Assembly (NCBI GenBank): GCA_026770705.1
Contig: JANJGN010000006.1
Location: 9,486,001 to 9,550,000 of the forward strand
Reading direction: 5' to 3'
DNA from: Isurus oxyrinchus
Lineage: Eukaryota
Length of the DNA: 64,000 nt
Position 1 is the stretch's first letter, and the number at the start of each line of letters is the position of its first letter. Under the pieces are notes generated by a model. It was not told the origin of the DNA. It saw only the letters and a list, made by a program, of their open reading frames with translations, and made no database searches. The translations under genes and the position numbers were made by a program. This document shows positions 26,521-40,001 of the stretch, piece by piece.

Positions 26521-27842
26521 CCAATGTAGGTCAGTACCAAAGGAGAGTGGGGCTGCAAGTGGAGATATTGTAGTGCTTATACATGATGAAAAAATAACTT
26601 GAGTTATATCTTGGAGATATTTCACAGACTGTAGCTTTAGCACTGTGTGATTAAATGACAATTTATTATGTGCACAATTTATCATTTCATTTAAGATCTT
26701 AACAGTAAGGAACACAATAGAAAATCAATCAAACAAATTTTGTATCAGTCAAGAATGGACCATAGAATGATTAATAATCCTAACCTTTGCAATGATCCTT
26801 GGCCAGATCTCCAGGTTGTTGCTAATAGCCAGTTGGGGCCAATGACGTTTTGTTTTGAAGTAGACCAAGTTTGAGGTTCAAGACACTTGCTCAGTGAATA
26901 TAGCCACAAGATTCCACAAAATGGAACAAGCAGACTTTCCCATATAAGGTCAGAAAGATAGAACAATTTACCCTGAGTGTTAGAGTGTAAGATAGATATT
27001 GTTAAGCATGAGGCACATGTGAGTTAACAAGTCAACTGTGGTCAAACACACCACACTACACAATAAATGGTGGATGCAACCAAGACAGAGTCTGTGGATT
27101 TCTCAGCGACCCACCCAGATGTCAGTAGCACAGTGAGTCAGCCAATCTCACTGAAGTTCCCTCTCATGAGGGATTCCTGCCTTCACCAGTGAAGAGCTGA
27201 CCTTGTTATTCTCGCCAAAAGTCACTCCAATACTGATAGCATCAAAAACGGCCCACCTCACAGGGTTTCAATCTTGTTTCCAGAGATTCCATTTCGCTGG
27301 ATTCCTGAGTCTACCCTCAAGCGCCAACCCATGGGCACAGCTTCAGATCTTCGGCCGTGCTGAGCAGAACACCATTGTTCCAAAGGTGTACCTTTGCCCC
27401 AAGAGCCTGCAGCACAAGAGTCACCAACCTGCTCCTCTCTTTTTAACTGAACTGGGACCTTTTCCTGTCCTTGTCCCCCTGTTTAGAACTATTCTTTCAG
27501 GATTCTCCCTGTTCCCTGCCTGCGACACTTGCCGGCAATGGCGCTTTGCACCGGTCACCTGGCCCAGGTATTCCATGCCATTTTTCTTTATGCACTGGCG
27601 CACTGGGCTGGTCCCTGGCCCAAAAGATGCAGCTCTGCACATGTGCAGCCCGCTCCACAGTCTGTGCATGCACAGACACTCAGACAAGTTCCCGACAAGC
27701 GGGTAAGTGCGGCTTTCATAACACCTTTCATTGAGATTTAGACTGATGAAGAAACGTTCTGGACAGGGATCTTGTATTTTATTTGCTGCATAATTATTAG
27801 AAACCATTCCCATCTCTAACTGTATCTGTCTCTGTCAGGAAG

Positions 27843-28228
27843 GGGACAGTTGCGCAGTTGTAATGTTACTGGACTAGTAATACAGAGGCCTGAACTAAAG
27901 CTTTAGAGGCATGAGTTCAAATCCCAACATGGCGGCTGGGGGAACTTAAGTTCAATTAATTAATAAATTTGGAACAAAATGCTGGTCTTGTTAATAATGA
28001 TCGTGAAGCTACTGAATTGTTGTAACAACCCATCTGGTTCACTAATTTAATTTGTGGGAGAAATCCAGACATGTTTCCTGGCTATCACATACTCCACAGC
28101 AATGTGATTGACTCTTAACTGCCCTCTGAATTGGCCTGGCACTCAGTCAGTTTCAAAGGCATTTAGGGATGGACAATAAATACAGGCCTTGTCAGCAACA
28201 CTGACATCCCAAGAATGCAAGAAGAAAT
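27843..28228 (+). mobile_element. tRNA-derived SINE
   Basis: Degenerate A box, B box GAGTTCAAATCCC, and a body and tail matching the other three copies. Confidence 0.8.
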
Positions 28229-29164
28229 ATTTTTTTTAAAAAAGTGTTGGTGGTCACTTTACATTTCCAGATCTCATCCTTTTGCTAAATTGCAGCCTTT
28301 TCCAGACTTATTCTATCACATTTCCTCATATGATGTGAAAAAAGCAATCTCTTATAATTAAAGAGTTTGTGTAAAATTTACTAAATTGGCATTGCCGTAC
28401 GAGTTTTTATTTGCAGTAATTCCATGAAAACACCCTGAAATATTGAGGTGACTAAATAACATGAGTGTCTGTAAATGGCGATTGTAAAGGAATTTGCATC
28501 CCTTCCCAAACCTCGGCAAATATATTCAAGTATTTTCAGTGCTGCATTGCAATCTATGGAATGGATTGAGAGTATAATATAAATTAAGTGTCCAGTCACT
28601 TGTGCTACATTACTGGTTTATTTGGTTATAATTTCTACCATTTATTTCAAATTCTGAATTAAAATCACTTGGTATAATCAGTAAAATGTGCATTTCAAAC
28701 ATCAGTTTACCTTTGCCAGGCAACTTAAAATGGGACTCCTACATCTCTTTAAAAAGGAAAAGTTAGGCTCTTCTGCAACTCCAGATCTCCAGACACTGCA
28801 TTCCGCCCATGTTTTGAGATTAAAACTAGTTGGTTTCATGTGGTGTTGCTCACGTGTCTTCTAATCTATGAGAGATTTTTCTTTCCCTGCAATTCTCATT
28901 CTTTCCTTCGCTCTAGTTCACTCCATGTCACTTTTTTTTTGTCTTTCTGATTTGCGTCTTTTTCGTTCTTTTGCCTTTCCTTCTCCCTTTCATTGTGACA
29001 TTTCGTAAACTTTTGTTTATTTTCCCAATTCTTTTTCTGAGCCTTTGTGTAAATTGCTTCTTCATGTCTCTTAATCTTGAATTAATTGCCCTGATGTATT
29101 CCTTGCAAACATGTTTTTTTTAAAAAAAACCTCTTGTTTGAAAAGCAGGATACTCTTGAAGATG

Positions 29165-29455
29165 TTAACCAGCTCATATACAGAGAGAGAGAATGTATCC
29201 TCTTGTGGGAACGAGCATAACTAGAGGCCATCAATATAAGATAGTCACCAAGAAATCCACTGTGGAATTCTTTATCCAAAGAGTGGTAAGAATGTGGAAC
29301 CTGCTACCACAGGGAGTGATTGAAGCAAATAGATGGTTACAATGGTAAATTTAGATGAAGAAAGGTGGGAGGAGGTATGAATGGAGCATAAACACTGGCA
29401 TGGACTGGTCGGGCTGAATGGCCTGTTTCTGTGCCATTTGTCCTATGTAATGTAC
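29165..29455 (+). mobile_element. CR1 3' end fragment
   Basis: ..gagtggtaagaatgtggaac..gggctgaatggcctgtttctgtg..ctatg, a typical CR1 3' terminus. Confidence 0.75.
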
Positions 29456-30027
29456 CAAATTGGTGTTGGATACTGGGATGAGGGGGAAGTTGATGTTTAT
29501 TCCAACAGTTGAGACAATGAGAAGTTAAGTGTTAGTGCCTGGCAGGTCAGGACAAATAGAGTGAGAAGCTGTGCATGGGAAACAGTGCAGAGAACATATT
29601 TAGCACATAGGAGACAATAGGCAGAGGGAGCTAAGTCTTGGGTGGTCTGAGGGAGCACCAATACTTGGGAGTTGGAAGGAGCAGAACATAGGAACACTGC
29701 CAGACCTGGGCACTGACAATACTGGGATGTGAAAATGGGGCCTTTGAAACAATTGGTGGTGGAAAGGATAAAGTTTGTAGGTCTGAGAGTACTTGAGGCA
29801 GCTGAGGTTTAAGAGCAGTGTGTCTTGAAATAGTCATGGACTTTGAATGCTCCACCCATGTACTCGTGGACTGCAGTGTGGAAGCATGTGTTACTGAGGC
29901 CTGTGATGTCTTGGAGTGTTGAGAGTATAGCCAGTTAACTTGAGCAAGATGCTTTAAATTAGTATAAAAACGGTGATGATAAACATTTTTTGCTCTTTCT
30001 GCCTTTTGTAGTTCAAGATAATTGCTA

Positions 30028-30385
30028 TTTTTTTTTTATTTGTTCATGGGATGTGGGTATTGCTGGCTAGGCCAGCATTCATTGCCCTTGTTCAGAGGGC
30101 ATTTAAGAGTCAACGACATTGCTGTGGATCTGGAGTCACATGTAGGCCAGACCAGGGTAAGGACAGCAGATTATCCTTTCATAAAGGATATTAGTGAACC
30201 AGATGGATTTTCTTTTTTACAACAATCAGCAATGGTTTCATGGTCGTCATCAGACTTCGAATTCCAGATTCTTTTTTTACTGAATTCAGATTTCACCATC
30301 TGCCATGGTGGGATCTGAACCCAGGCCCCCGGAGCATTACCCTGGGTCTCTGAATGTCATGACAATACCAGTATGCCACCTTCCC
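30028..30385 (-). mobile_element. tRNA-derived SINE
   Basis: Homologous to 16405-16757 (ttaagagtcaac..ccagaccagggtaagga..gccatggtgggat.tgaac). Confidence 0.8.
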
Positions 30386-30534
30386 ATAATAATGCCTAAG
30401 TCAATGCGTTGGGGGACCCATACAGAGTTGTGATTGAGCGTATGTTCAATTTATGTTGGTTTAGTGCATAGTACATTTTCTCCACCTTGTCAAATGGATT
30501 TTCTGTATCAGAAGAAATGGCATCAATTGATGTT

Positions 30535-31970
30535 CCATAGAATTACATAGAATACACAACACAGAACAGGTCATTCATCCTAAGCAATCCATGCTGGCAT
30601 TTATGCCTCACTTGAACCTCCTCTCATCCTTCCTCCTCTAATTATATCAGCATAAGTCCCTATTCCACCCTGTCTTATGTTTATCTAGCTTCCCCTTAAA
30701 TGCACCTATAGCATACACTTCAACTACTCTGCATTCTCACCAATCTGAGTAAAGAGGTTTCTCCTGAATTCCCTATTTGCTTTCTTGGTGACTTTCTTGA
30801 ATTGATGAGGTCTACTGTGGTCTTCCCCACAAGTAGGGGTCTTTCCCCACAAAACATTCACTCTTGAATCCAGTTGATCAAAACCTTTCAAACTTTGAAA
30901 AACTTTTTAGGTCACTCCTGAGCCTTCTCTTTTTAAGAGAAAAGAGACCCATCTTTTCCTGATCGGTACAACCTTGCAGTTCTAGTATCATGTTTGGAAA
31001 TCTTTTTTGCATCCTCTCCAGTGCCTAAGAACATAAGAAATAAGAGCAGTAGTAGACCGCTTATCAAGCCTGCTGTGCCATTCAGTATGACCACGGTGTC
31101 ATACCTCCATATGCTTTTTTGAATATTGCAACCTGAAATGTACACAGCAGTGTGGTCTAACTAAGGTTTGATGCAAGTTTAGCATAACTTCCCTACTTCT
31201 CAATTCTATCCCTTTAGAAATAAAGCCTAGTACTTGGCTTTGTTTTGATATGGCCTCATTGACCTGGGTCACAACTTATTTATGTATTTGTATTCTCGGA
31301 TCCCTTTGCTCCTGTCCTCATTTAGTTTATTATTTTCTAAGTAATATGTGGCCTTATTTACCTTATTTACACTTAAACTAACATCTTACACTTAACTATG
31401 TTGATAACTCCTTTTCCACTTATATGCCCACTCTAAGTTTATAAACGCCTTTTTATAATTTGGTGCAGACCTATTCAGTGTTGACTATCCCTTGCAATTT
31501 GGTGTCTTCTGTAAATTGACAATATGAATTAATATAAATTGTGATCAACTGTCAACACTGATCCTCGTCACCCTGCTTCCCACCTGCCATTTTGACTAGC
31601 TACTCTTTATTGCTCCTTTCTGCTCTTTATCTTTCAGCCAGCCAAAGCCCTTTGGAAATTTACATATTATATCTACTACATTACCTTTGTCTATGCTCTC
31701 TGTTACCTCGTCAATAAAGTTGGGCATGCAAGACTTATCCTTTTGACGTCCAAGTTGAGGATTCATTATTATGTTTTTTCTTCTTTCATAGGGATTCTGT
31801 TATTTTTTCTATGGCCTATGTTAAGCTGACTGGTCTGTAGTTCCTGGGACCTGTTCTCGCTCCTTTCTTCAATATCAGCTATCTGCCTCTTCTCTGGCTG
31901 CATCTTTTTCTAATGAATAATTGAATATGTGCATGAGTGCCTCTGCTACCTTTTTCCTATATTCCTCTGC
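30535..31970 (-). mobile_element. Degenerate CR1 LINE fragment(s)
   Basis: Reverse CR1 3' end (catagaattacatagaat..acagaacagg). A nested second 3' end at ~31027. RT remnant ggtgtcttctgtaaa (FTEDT, from FADDT) at ~31501. Confidence 0.7.
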
Positions 31971-33029
31971 TTTCTTTGTAATAAAGATGCATTTGTGCCT
32001 TAATAATAATACTTTAAGAGAATTAACTGGTGCAGCGGGATTAGCACACTGTTCTTTGAACTTTACAATCTGGGTTTGAATTCAGCTGGACTGATGGAAT
32101 GAAAGAGTTCTTTGGTGGTAAAACTGATTAAAATTATGAAAATAATTGTTTGATCTGTATTGTGCTAAACTGTGTACTTAAAGTTCTCCTGTTGGTAACG
32201 TTGACAGAAACTCATTAAAAAGGATGTTTTTACGCTTTAGCTCTTGAGTTCCAGTAGGTTCAGCTCTCAATGCAGCTTTAAAACGGTTTTGTTGAATCAT
32301 TAGTAAACCTTAGCATGCAAGTCTTTGAGTACTTCCCGTGCATAAATGTTCAATTTTCATCAAATGGGTGTTTATTGTGTTTAGCATCTGCTTGAGATAT
32401 GTAGTGTTGACCTTCAGTAACTGGGATAAGTGAAATCTTTTTCAGTTGAAAAGATGTTGCTGCTTTTAAGTATGACTTTATATTTGAAAAGAAATCAACA
32501 CTTCTTGCTCTACTGAGACAGGAAATGATGCTGTTAGTCAGGCTGTTAGGTTAGTTTTGGCAAAATAAATTCACAATGTGCGGCCTAGTAATGTCGCCTT
32601 GCCGAAAAAACTAGAGATTATGTTGCTTTCTTTTATATTAATTTTTAAGGCAAATTGATTTTCTGCTCATGTTTTGAATATAAATTCTTAATATACATTT
32701 CTGTAATTGTTAGGTACGGATTTATTGTTAGAACCTTCATTTTAATTTGAGATTGCGAGTTGTATTGATGCTGGTGGATATAGCTGCTTTGTTCAGGGCA
32801 GAGCAGTCACATCCAGAATTGACAAACCAATATTTTTGAGATTAGCGGAAGACCATGTGGATTTTGAATTTGTGGAACGAGCATCCGTTTGTAGCCGTTT
32901 ATTAGCTTTTTAGAGTACAATTGTTTATTATGAGCACTCAATTTGAAACAGATGCGCCGAGCAGGATCAAATGGTTTTGGTTTCCGTATTTTAAAAAAAA
33001 ATTGGTCGTCTTTCTGAAATATGAAAAGT

Positions 33030-33660
33030 TAACAAAGCACTGAGGTTAATTTGTAGAGGAGTGGAATTGAAGAACGGAGATGTTATATTAAGCTTGTATA
33101 GAACCTTGGTTAGACCACATTTGGAGTTCTGTGCACAGTTCTGGTTTCTATATTTCAAAATGGATATGAAGAAGGTGCAGAAATGATCTACGTGGAAAAT
33201 AATCAGAACTAAAAAGCTATAACTATCAGCAAAAACAGAGCAGAGTGGGTTTTTTTTCTCTAAAGTGTAGGCTGAGACTGATCTGAGAGAGGTTTTTCAA
33301 ATTATCAAGGGGTTTGATGTAGAGAAGGTTTTTAAATTTGCTTGGGTGGTTGGGGCCAGTGGGGGTAGAATTGTCGAAGAGACCAAATCTATAAATAATC
33401 ATAATCACCAATAATCTAAAGGATTTTGGGAGAACCTACTTTATTCAAAGAATGATTAGAATCTGGAACTTGCTACCACTGGAGCAGTTGAGGTGATAAT
33501 CATAACTGCTTTTAAGGGGAAGCGAGATAAGTACTGTAAGAAAAGAATAGAAAGATATGCTAATTGAGTTTGAAGAAGTGGAGTGGCGGAGCCTCATGTG
33601 GAACATCCACCAGAATGGACCAGCTGGGGAAAATGGCCTGTTTTTGTGTTGTAAAGGGGA
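33030..33660 (+). mobile_element. CR1 3' fragment
   Basis: LYRTLVRPHLEFCAQFW-like coding remnant (33093-33143) and CR1 3' UTR (aaatggcctgtttttgtgttgtaaa). Confidence 0.8.
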
Positions 33661-34282
33661 ATGTGCCGAGATGGTATCAGCCATTGTTCTGGTGCCCAGC
33701 CTTTATCTTTGAGGAGCTAGCGATTCATCCTGCCTTCTCTTTCAAATGTAATTGTTACATTTGACTGCCACAGGCTCACTGGACATTGAGGCCAGATGCA
33801 ATGTGCGTAAGTTGGGTGGGCATAAAATATGCACTGCATTTTTCCCATTGCCTCTTTGAAGATGGTGGACATTTTACAACAAAATGCCTTAAATTGGAAT
33901 TACTGGAGGTAGAATTATTAGCATCTTTTGTTGACCATCAATTACCACATGAAAATAAATAGTACAAAAAAAACAACCATCGGCAGAGTCCTCCTACTTG
34001 GGCAAGGACTGATCTTTTGGAAATAGTTAGGCTGAACATTCTATCTTGAAGGCATTGAGCAATGGAAATGCTGAGAACTGAGACAAAGTGCTTGAAAACT
34101 CATTCTTGATGTTTTCTTCTGTGTTTTTAGTAATTCAGAAAACAGTTGCACACAACTGCTTGGATGGACCATTCTGTTTTCCAACCAGACATTAGTGGAA
34201 CCTCTGGAGAAAGAGTTTAAGTGGTAAAACAAAGCAATTGTTATGCCATTTCTCCCTAGGTTTTGCCATCTCCTGATACATA

Positions 34283-34660
34283 TTTATTCTTTCAATGTGA
34301 GCATTGTTGGCAAGGCCAGCATTTGTTGCCCATCTGATCGCCCTTGAACTGAGTGGCTTGCTGGGCCATTTCAGAGGGCAGTTAAGAGTCAATCACATTG
34401 CTGTGGGTCTGGAGCCTAGGCCAGACCAGATAAGAATGGCAGATTTCCTTTCCTAAGGGACATTGGTGAACCAGATGGGTTTTTACAGCAATCGATGATA
34501 GCTGTCATGGCCCCCATTACTGAGACTATCTTTATAATCCAGATTTATTAATTGAATTTAAATCCCATCATTCTGCCATGGTGGGATTTGAACACATGTG
34601 CCCAGAGTTATACTGGGCCTCTGGATTATAAGTCCAGTGACATTATCACTACACCACTAT
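34283..34660 (-). mobile_element. tRNA-derived SINE
   Basis: Homologous to the other copies; head GTGGTGTAGTGATAA on the minus strand. Confidence 0.8.
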
Positions 34661-34981
34661 TTACCCCAAGTACATCCCCTATAATGGGAGTTTCATAGCA
34701 ATGCATGGAAATTCAGAACCAATGGGTTTCTGACTTTGGTATAATTAATAGAGAGGAAAATACTTATGTAGTCAGCTTCAAAATAAATGTGAACATGATG
34801 ATCACAATATCTATCTCTACCCCAGACAACTTATTTTGCTTGAGTTTCCTTGTTGAAAAGCTAAGTATAGTGGAAAACATATTTTATCTCATTACTCCTG
34901 GACAAAGACCATGCAAGATCTTTTCCTGAAGTATTTCCTTCCATTGTTTTGGAAGTCCAGTATGCCTCAAAAAAATGCTAT

Positions 34982-35759
34982 AGGCTGGATTTTATGGGGC
35001 AGGGGATGGGGTGTTGTGTGACCTTCTGCTCACTCTCTACACCTCCGAGGAAGAGCTGGTCAAAAACTGTCCACCTTTTAAAATTAAAAAAGACACCCTA
35101 CAGTGATAACACGCTGTGAGGCCTGAGCAGCTGAGTGTTGGAAGGAAGACCCACGTTCAAGAGCTGCCAGCCAATCTGGCCAGCAGTTCTTGTAGTCCCA
35201 GCAGCACCAGAATTTGGCAGTGAGCACTGCTGAGACTGCAAGCAGTTCTACGAAGAAGTGCCATGGATGCCAGAGACAGGTAAGTCCTGAGATTTTGGGG
35301 TAGGGAGGGATTGGGGATCCAGGGAGAAGGGCGAAGGGGGCATTCTGGAGCGATTTCTGTGGTCCGGTGAGGAGGCACAAAGGGTGGGTATGATCTTGAG
35401 AGTGCCTCTGATGTGTATAAAGCACAACCACCCCCCTCCTTCCCAAAGGATGTACCCTCTTTTCTTCCTGCCTTTTCAGCAACTTGGGTGAAAAACAGCC
35501 TTCGCTCTCACTTGCCTTCCCCTTCCCAGTGTTCTTTGGTGGTGGAAGCAGATTGAAGGCCAAGTGGGTAGTAATTGGCCACTTAAGAGCCTCAGTAGAC
35601 CGAAGGGTGAGTGAGCTACTGGGTGCCTTACCCATCCCCTGTGTTACGGGGACTGGTTTGGGGTGGGTGGGAAGGTAGTGGGCTAGCCACCCGACATAAT
35701 TGATGTGCCTCACTACCCCACCGCAAACACGCTTGGCGTAGAGCTGTAAAATCCAGCCC
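34982..35759. mobile_element. PIF/Harbinger-like MITE
   Basis: TIRs (A/G)GGCTGGATTTTA / TAAAATCCAGCCC with a 3-bp TSD TAT on both sides (34979-34981, 35760-35762). Confidence 0.8.
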
Positions 35760-36179
35760 TATGTGTGAGACTTGTTGGAAATTTCACTTGAGTAACTTTT
35801 TCTAATATTCTTGAAGATACTAGCATTTATGTATTCTTGGACATTCCTAACACATAGGTGAGAATGATGTCCCTCCTGCCCCAAATCCTCCAAAGGTTCT
35901 TTGGGATCTGTCAGTGTAAATCTCTTGATTGTCTAAGGAGCATTTGAGAAACAAAACATAGGGAATGTGAAAACAAATTCCACATTGAATCACATCACCT
36001 GTCCCAAGTCTTTATGACTTTTATGTCATCTTGTGCAGATGAACTAAAGTCTTCTCATTTTGTTTAATACTTATGGCTTTTGTTATGTTTGTGGCCTTGT
36101 GGTCTGCATTGTTGTTTATAATGGGATACAGTGGCATCTCTGGGCATAGCTGGCAAGGAGCCTATATTCCAAATGCCAT

Positions 36180-36308
36180 CCGATTAAAGGTCGTTGACTT
36201 GAAATAGTAACTCTTTCTCTCCCCACAGTTGCTGAGACCTGCTGAATATTTCCAACATTTCCTGTTCTTATTTCAGATTTCCAGCGTCTGCCCTGTTTTG
36301 CTTTTGTT
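36180..36308 (+). mobile_element. Single-arm relic of the hammerhead-bearing element family
   Basis: ..ggtcgttgacttgaaa..cacag.tgctg.gacctgctga..tttcagatttccagc, similar to the right arm and tail of 56007-56245. Confidence 0.65.
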
Positions 36309-36989
36309 TCCAGCAGCCAAGGTTTGTGTATAGATTTATTATGATGAGAGTCCAGGTGACTTAAAAAATGGGATCAGGATTAGTGGGAAAATGTATAAAA
36401 GTCTAAATCACACTAGGAATAGATTCTACATAACACGAGATAAATTACAGGAGATGCTGAAGGCAAATTAGGCAAATTTGGAATATTGGAACAAAGTTTT
36501 AGAGAATAAAGTAAATGGTAAAGGAGCTCCTGAAAACATACTTTAGCGTGAACAATATGGAAATGGTGAGGGGAAAATAAGTTTATTTGAGCAAAGTACA
36601 AACAAGAGAAACAATGAAAAAATTTAATGAAGGTTAATGATAAAGTAAGTTTCTAGCAATTTGAAGTTGCATGTGCGTATTCATAAAATCAGGTTGGCAA
36701 TGAGAAGTAGAATGCTTGGGGACATTTCCATTCCAAGCTTGGCATGAGTGCAAAGTGTTTTCAGCTTCACCACAATGACAAATTTGTGTAGTACAAAATG
36801 ACTTGTTGGATCTGACCTAACTATGATCAATGCACCCTTTAATTTTTATTTTTGTGTGTGGCCTGTTCATTTCACTGCACAGTACCTTTACACTATTGTG
36901 CAGCCATGCATGTGTGTTAACTTAAACAGGGCAACTTAATATTGCTCTGGACCAAAGCAACCTAAGACTCCCCGCTTCCCTTTCAGTGA

Positions 36990-37925
36990 CATCACCTGAA
37001 AATACATCAGGATTTACATGTTTCCTGGTGGCAGAACAGCTCTCCCTCACCACCAGCTCTCAACCCCTCCACTGGATCTGATTTATCACACTGCTTTACT
37101 GACATCCAACACTGGACAAACAAATTCCTTTGGACTAAATATTGGAAAGACTGACGTCATTGTCTTTGGTCCCTGCCACAAAGTTCATTTCAAAGCCACC
37201 GATGCCACCCCCCTTCCTGGCAGCTATCTGAGCCCGAACTGGACTGTATGGCACTTTGGTGTCACATCTGACCCTGAGATAAGCTTCTTACCCCATCCAC
37301 TCTCTTGGTAAGACTGCCTATTTCCACTTCCATTCCATGACCTGCCTTGGCTTGTCTGCTAATACCCTTGTCCGTGCCCTTGTTAGACTTGATTATTCCA
37401 ATGCACTTCTGTCATCTTGCACCCCATATAAAATTGAGATCATCCAAAACTGTGTTTCTTGCACCTGACTAGCACCAAGTCACGTTCACCTGTCACCCCT
37501 GTGCTTGCTGAAATACATTGGTTTCCTGTTCAGCAATATCTTGATTTTAAAGTTCTCATCCTTTCTTTCAAGTCCCTCTGTTCTCACCTCCCTATCTGTC
37601 TGTCTAATCTTCCCCAGCCCTATAATCTTCCAGAATAACGGCACTCCTCCAATTCTGGCCTTTTTAGTGTGTCACCAATTTTAATCACTCTATCATTGGT
37701 GGTCATGCCTTTCGTTGCTTGGGCCATTAGCTCTGTAATTCCCTCCCTAAACCTTTAAATCTCTACTTTTCTCTCCTTTTGTTAAGATGCTCCTGAAAGC
37801 CTGTCTCTTTGACCAAGCTTTTGGCCATCTATTCTAATACCTCCTTAAGTGGCTCATTGTCACATTTTGCTTGGTAATGTCCTGTAAAGCACATCAGGAC
37901 GTTTTTCTGTATTAGATGCACAAAA
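36990..37925 (+). mobile_element. L2 LINE 3' fragment
   Basis: LNIGKTDVIVFGP and RLDYSNALL-like remnants, HWFPV motif, and an L2-type tail (tgtaaagcac..ggacgttt). Confidence 0.8.
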
Positions 37926-38734
37926 CAAATGTTCCCTCCAGAGTCAAGTCATCCCTGGCTATGTATTGAGGCAAAACTATAACAATCAAGGTGCTTGCAG
38001 TGTAAATGCAGCCAATGTGTTTTTTTCTGCTCAACAGCATTGTAAGTGTGTGAAAAATAAGTCTTGAATCCAAGAAGGCATTTGAGTTTTGGTGCTACAG
38101 AAATGTGTTGAAAATTAGTTGAGTGAGAAAATGACACATTAGAAAATTTTTGAACTAAAGTAAGAGAGAAATGACGCATTGTGAAAAATATTTTCGGTGT
38201 TATTTTGGCTGGAAACGTTTAAAAATAGATTTAAAAACCAGGGAACGGTGAAAGTGGCTAGATGGTGATGGATTTGACAAACAAAACATAATACGACATA
38301 GCTGTTCAGTAGAAACCAGAAATTATGGAGTGTGCTGTTATGTTAACCAAACTTCAAAGCAGAGAATGTGCCTAGTATAAACAATACAGATAAATGTTTA
38401 TTAAAGTTATCTAGTGGCCATCACTGGATTGAGGTGTGTTTTCACTTGCATGTTCTTTATGGCTCTTAGAATTTACTGTGTACTCATTCTGGTTCCCATT
38501 TTCGCTTGTTCAGGTTCCGCTGATTTTAAGAATATCAGGCTTATTGGGAAATCTGTATTTTCTTGAGTATATGTTTTTCAGTCTAGTAGGTAGAGTTTGC
38601 TAAAGAAGCTGCAGATTCCAGTTTTCTTGCATGAGCTGTTCCAGAATCATTTTACAATCTAGTTTTTTTATATCGGACAATTTTGTCAATGCACGTGTCA
38701 GTTTTGGTCAGTTTTGTCTCAATGCTTATAAGCA

Positions 38735-39155
38735 TCAGTTTGGTTCAGTTGATGGCATTGGTGCTGCTAAATTAGATGGTGTGGGTTTTTAAACTTCGAT
38801 TACATGATTTAACCATAGAATCTCAGCTGACACCTCAGTGCAGAACTGAGGGATTGCAGCAATGTCAGAGATACCATCTTTTGGATGAAGCATTTAAGTT
38901 AGGTCCTAATTTGATGTAATGCCATGGGATTGATTTTTACATGGAGAACAATGTATTGTCCTGGCCAACATTCTGCCCAGATCACTAAAACTAATTTAAC
39001 AAGTTAGTCATCTCATTTCTGTTTGTGGGATCTTGCTGTGTGCTCACTTGCTACTAGATTTGCTTACCTAATGACAGTTATTTGACCTCAAAAGTTAATT
39101 GCTTGCGGATGTGAAGAAATTATGTGGCACACTATATAAATCCAAATTCTCTTTC
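38735..39155 (+). mobile_element. DeuSINE (SacSINE1/AmnSINE1-like)
   Basis: Deu-domain-like gctgacacctcagtgcagaactgaggga..tgtcagagataccatcttttggatga, plus an L2-like tail. Confidence 0.65.
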
Positions 39156-39876
39156 TCTCTCAAATCTTGGAGAATCTCATAACTGGAAATTATGTTTTCT
39201 TTGCACTTCCAGAATTACAATCTGATTCTTCAGTGTTAACCTAAGTATTTATGTTTGTTTTAAGTTACCTAAAAATCTAGATGATCTTTGCATAGTCTTG
39301 ATGTTCTTTCACGATGTGGCCAGAGAATTGGTACGTTTTGGGGCAAGGCAGAAGATGGATTTTTGTTCAGCAGTCTAAGTTCTTGATCAGTTCAATGATT
39401 TAAGAAGTTAATTTTGACTTGATGCATTGAATTAGAACATGCCTGGAGGCTTTGGTGTTAAAGGCAGCCCAAAGAAATTGGACTGACTTCCTCTCTCTGC
39501 AAAGTGTGAAATAGGTTTGAGCAGTCTCTGTCTGATTCTTGGTATAAGACTACAATCATGCAGTATTTTTATGCAGCTGTTAGCTCCTGGCTAAACACAG
39601 GCATGTACCATGAGCCCAACAAGCAAACATGAAACTTAATTGACTGGAAGTGTTTCCTTTGCTTCTTTTTCGTTACATAAAACATTGCTGGAAGTAACGT
39701 AACCAATGGATAAGACTAAATCATAACCTACTCTTATGTCACTAAATTACAGTTAAATATGTAAAGTTCCTTGCTCAATTAGAACGATTTGAAGTCATTA
39801 TAAATGTGACTTTTCTACCCAAATTGCATTCACTTATTCACTAATGACTTATTATATTTGCTTTAGTTAGTTGCTT

Positions 39877-40001
39877 GATCCCCTGAGGGAATTGCTTCCA
39901 GATCCCCTGAGGGAATTGCTTCCAGATCCCCTGAGGGAATTGCTTCTAGATCCCCTGAGGGAATTGCTTCTAGATCCCCTGAGGGAATTGCTTCTAGATC
40001 C
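39877..40001. repeat. 24-bp minisatellite x5 (GATCCCCTGAGGGAATTGCTTCYA)
   Basis: Five units: the first two end in CCA and the last three in CTA. Confidence 0.95.

Noticed and set aside
27843-27930. tRNA gene (A/B boxes)
   Set aside because: This is a SINE head: no complete cloverleaf, and it continues into the SINE body found in four copies.
13140-39215. Additional coding exons at strong acceptors (~13176, ~38512, ~39212)
   Set aside because: No paired donor with a DNMT3-like reading frame was found, and the two called exons already join in frame like human exons 2-3.
39877-40001. CRISPR-like repeat array
   Set aside because: Head-to-tail units with no spacers, eukaryotic context and no cas genes.
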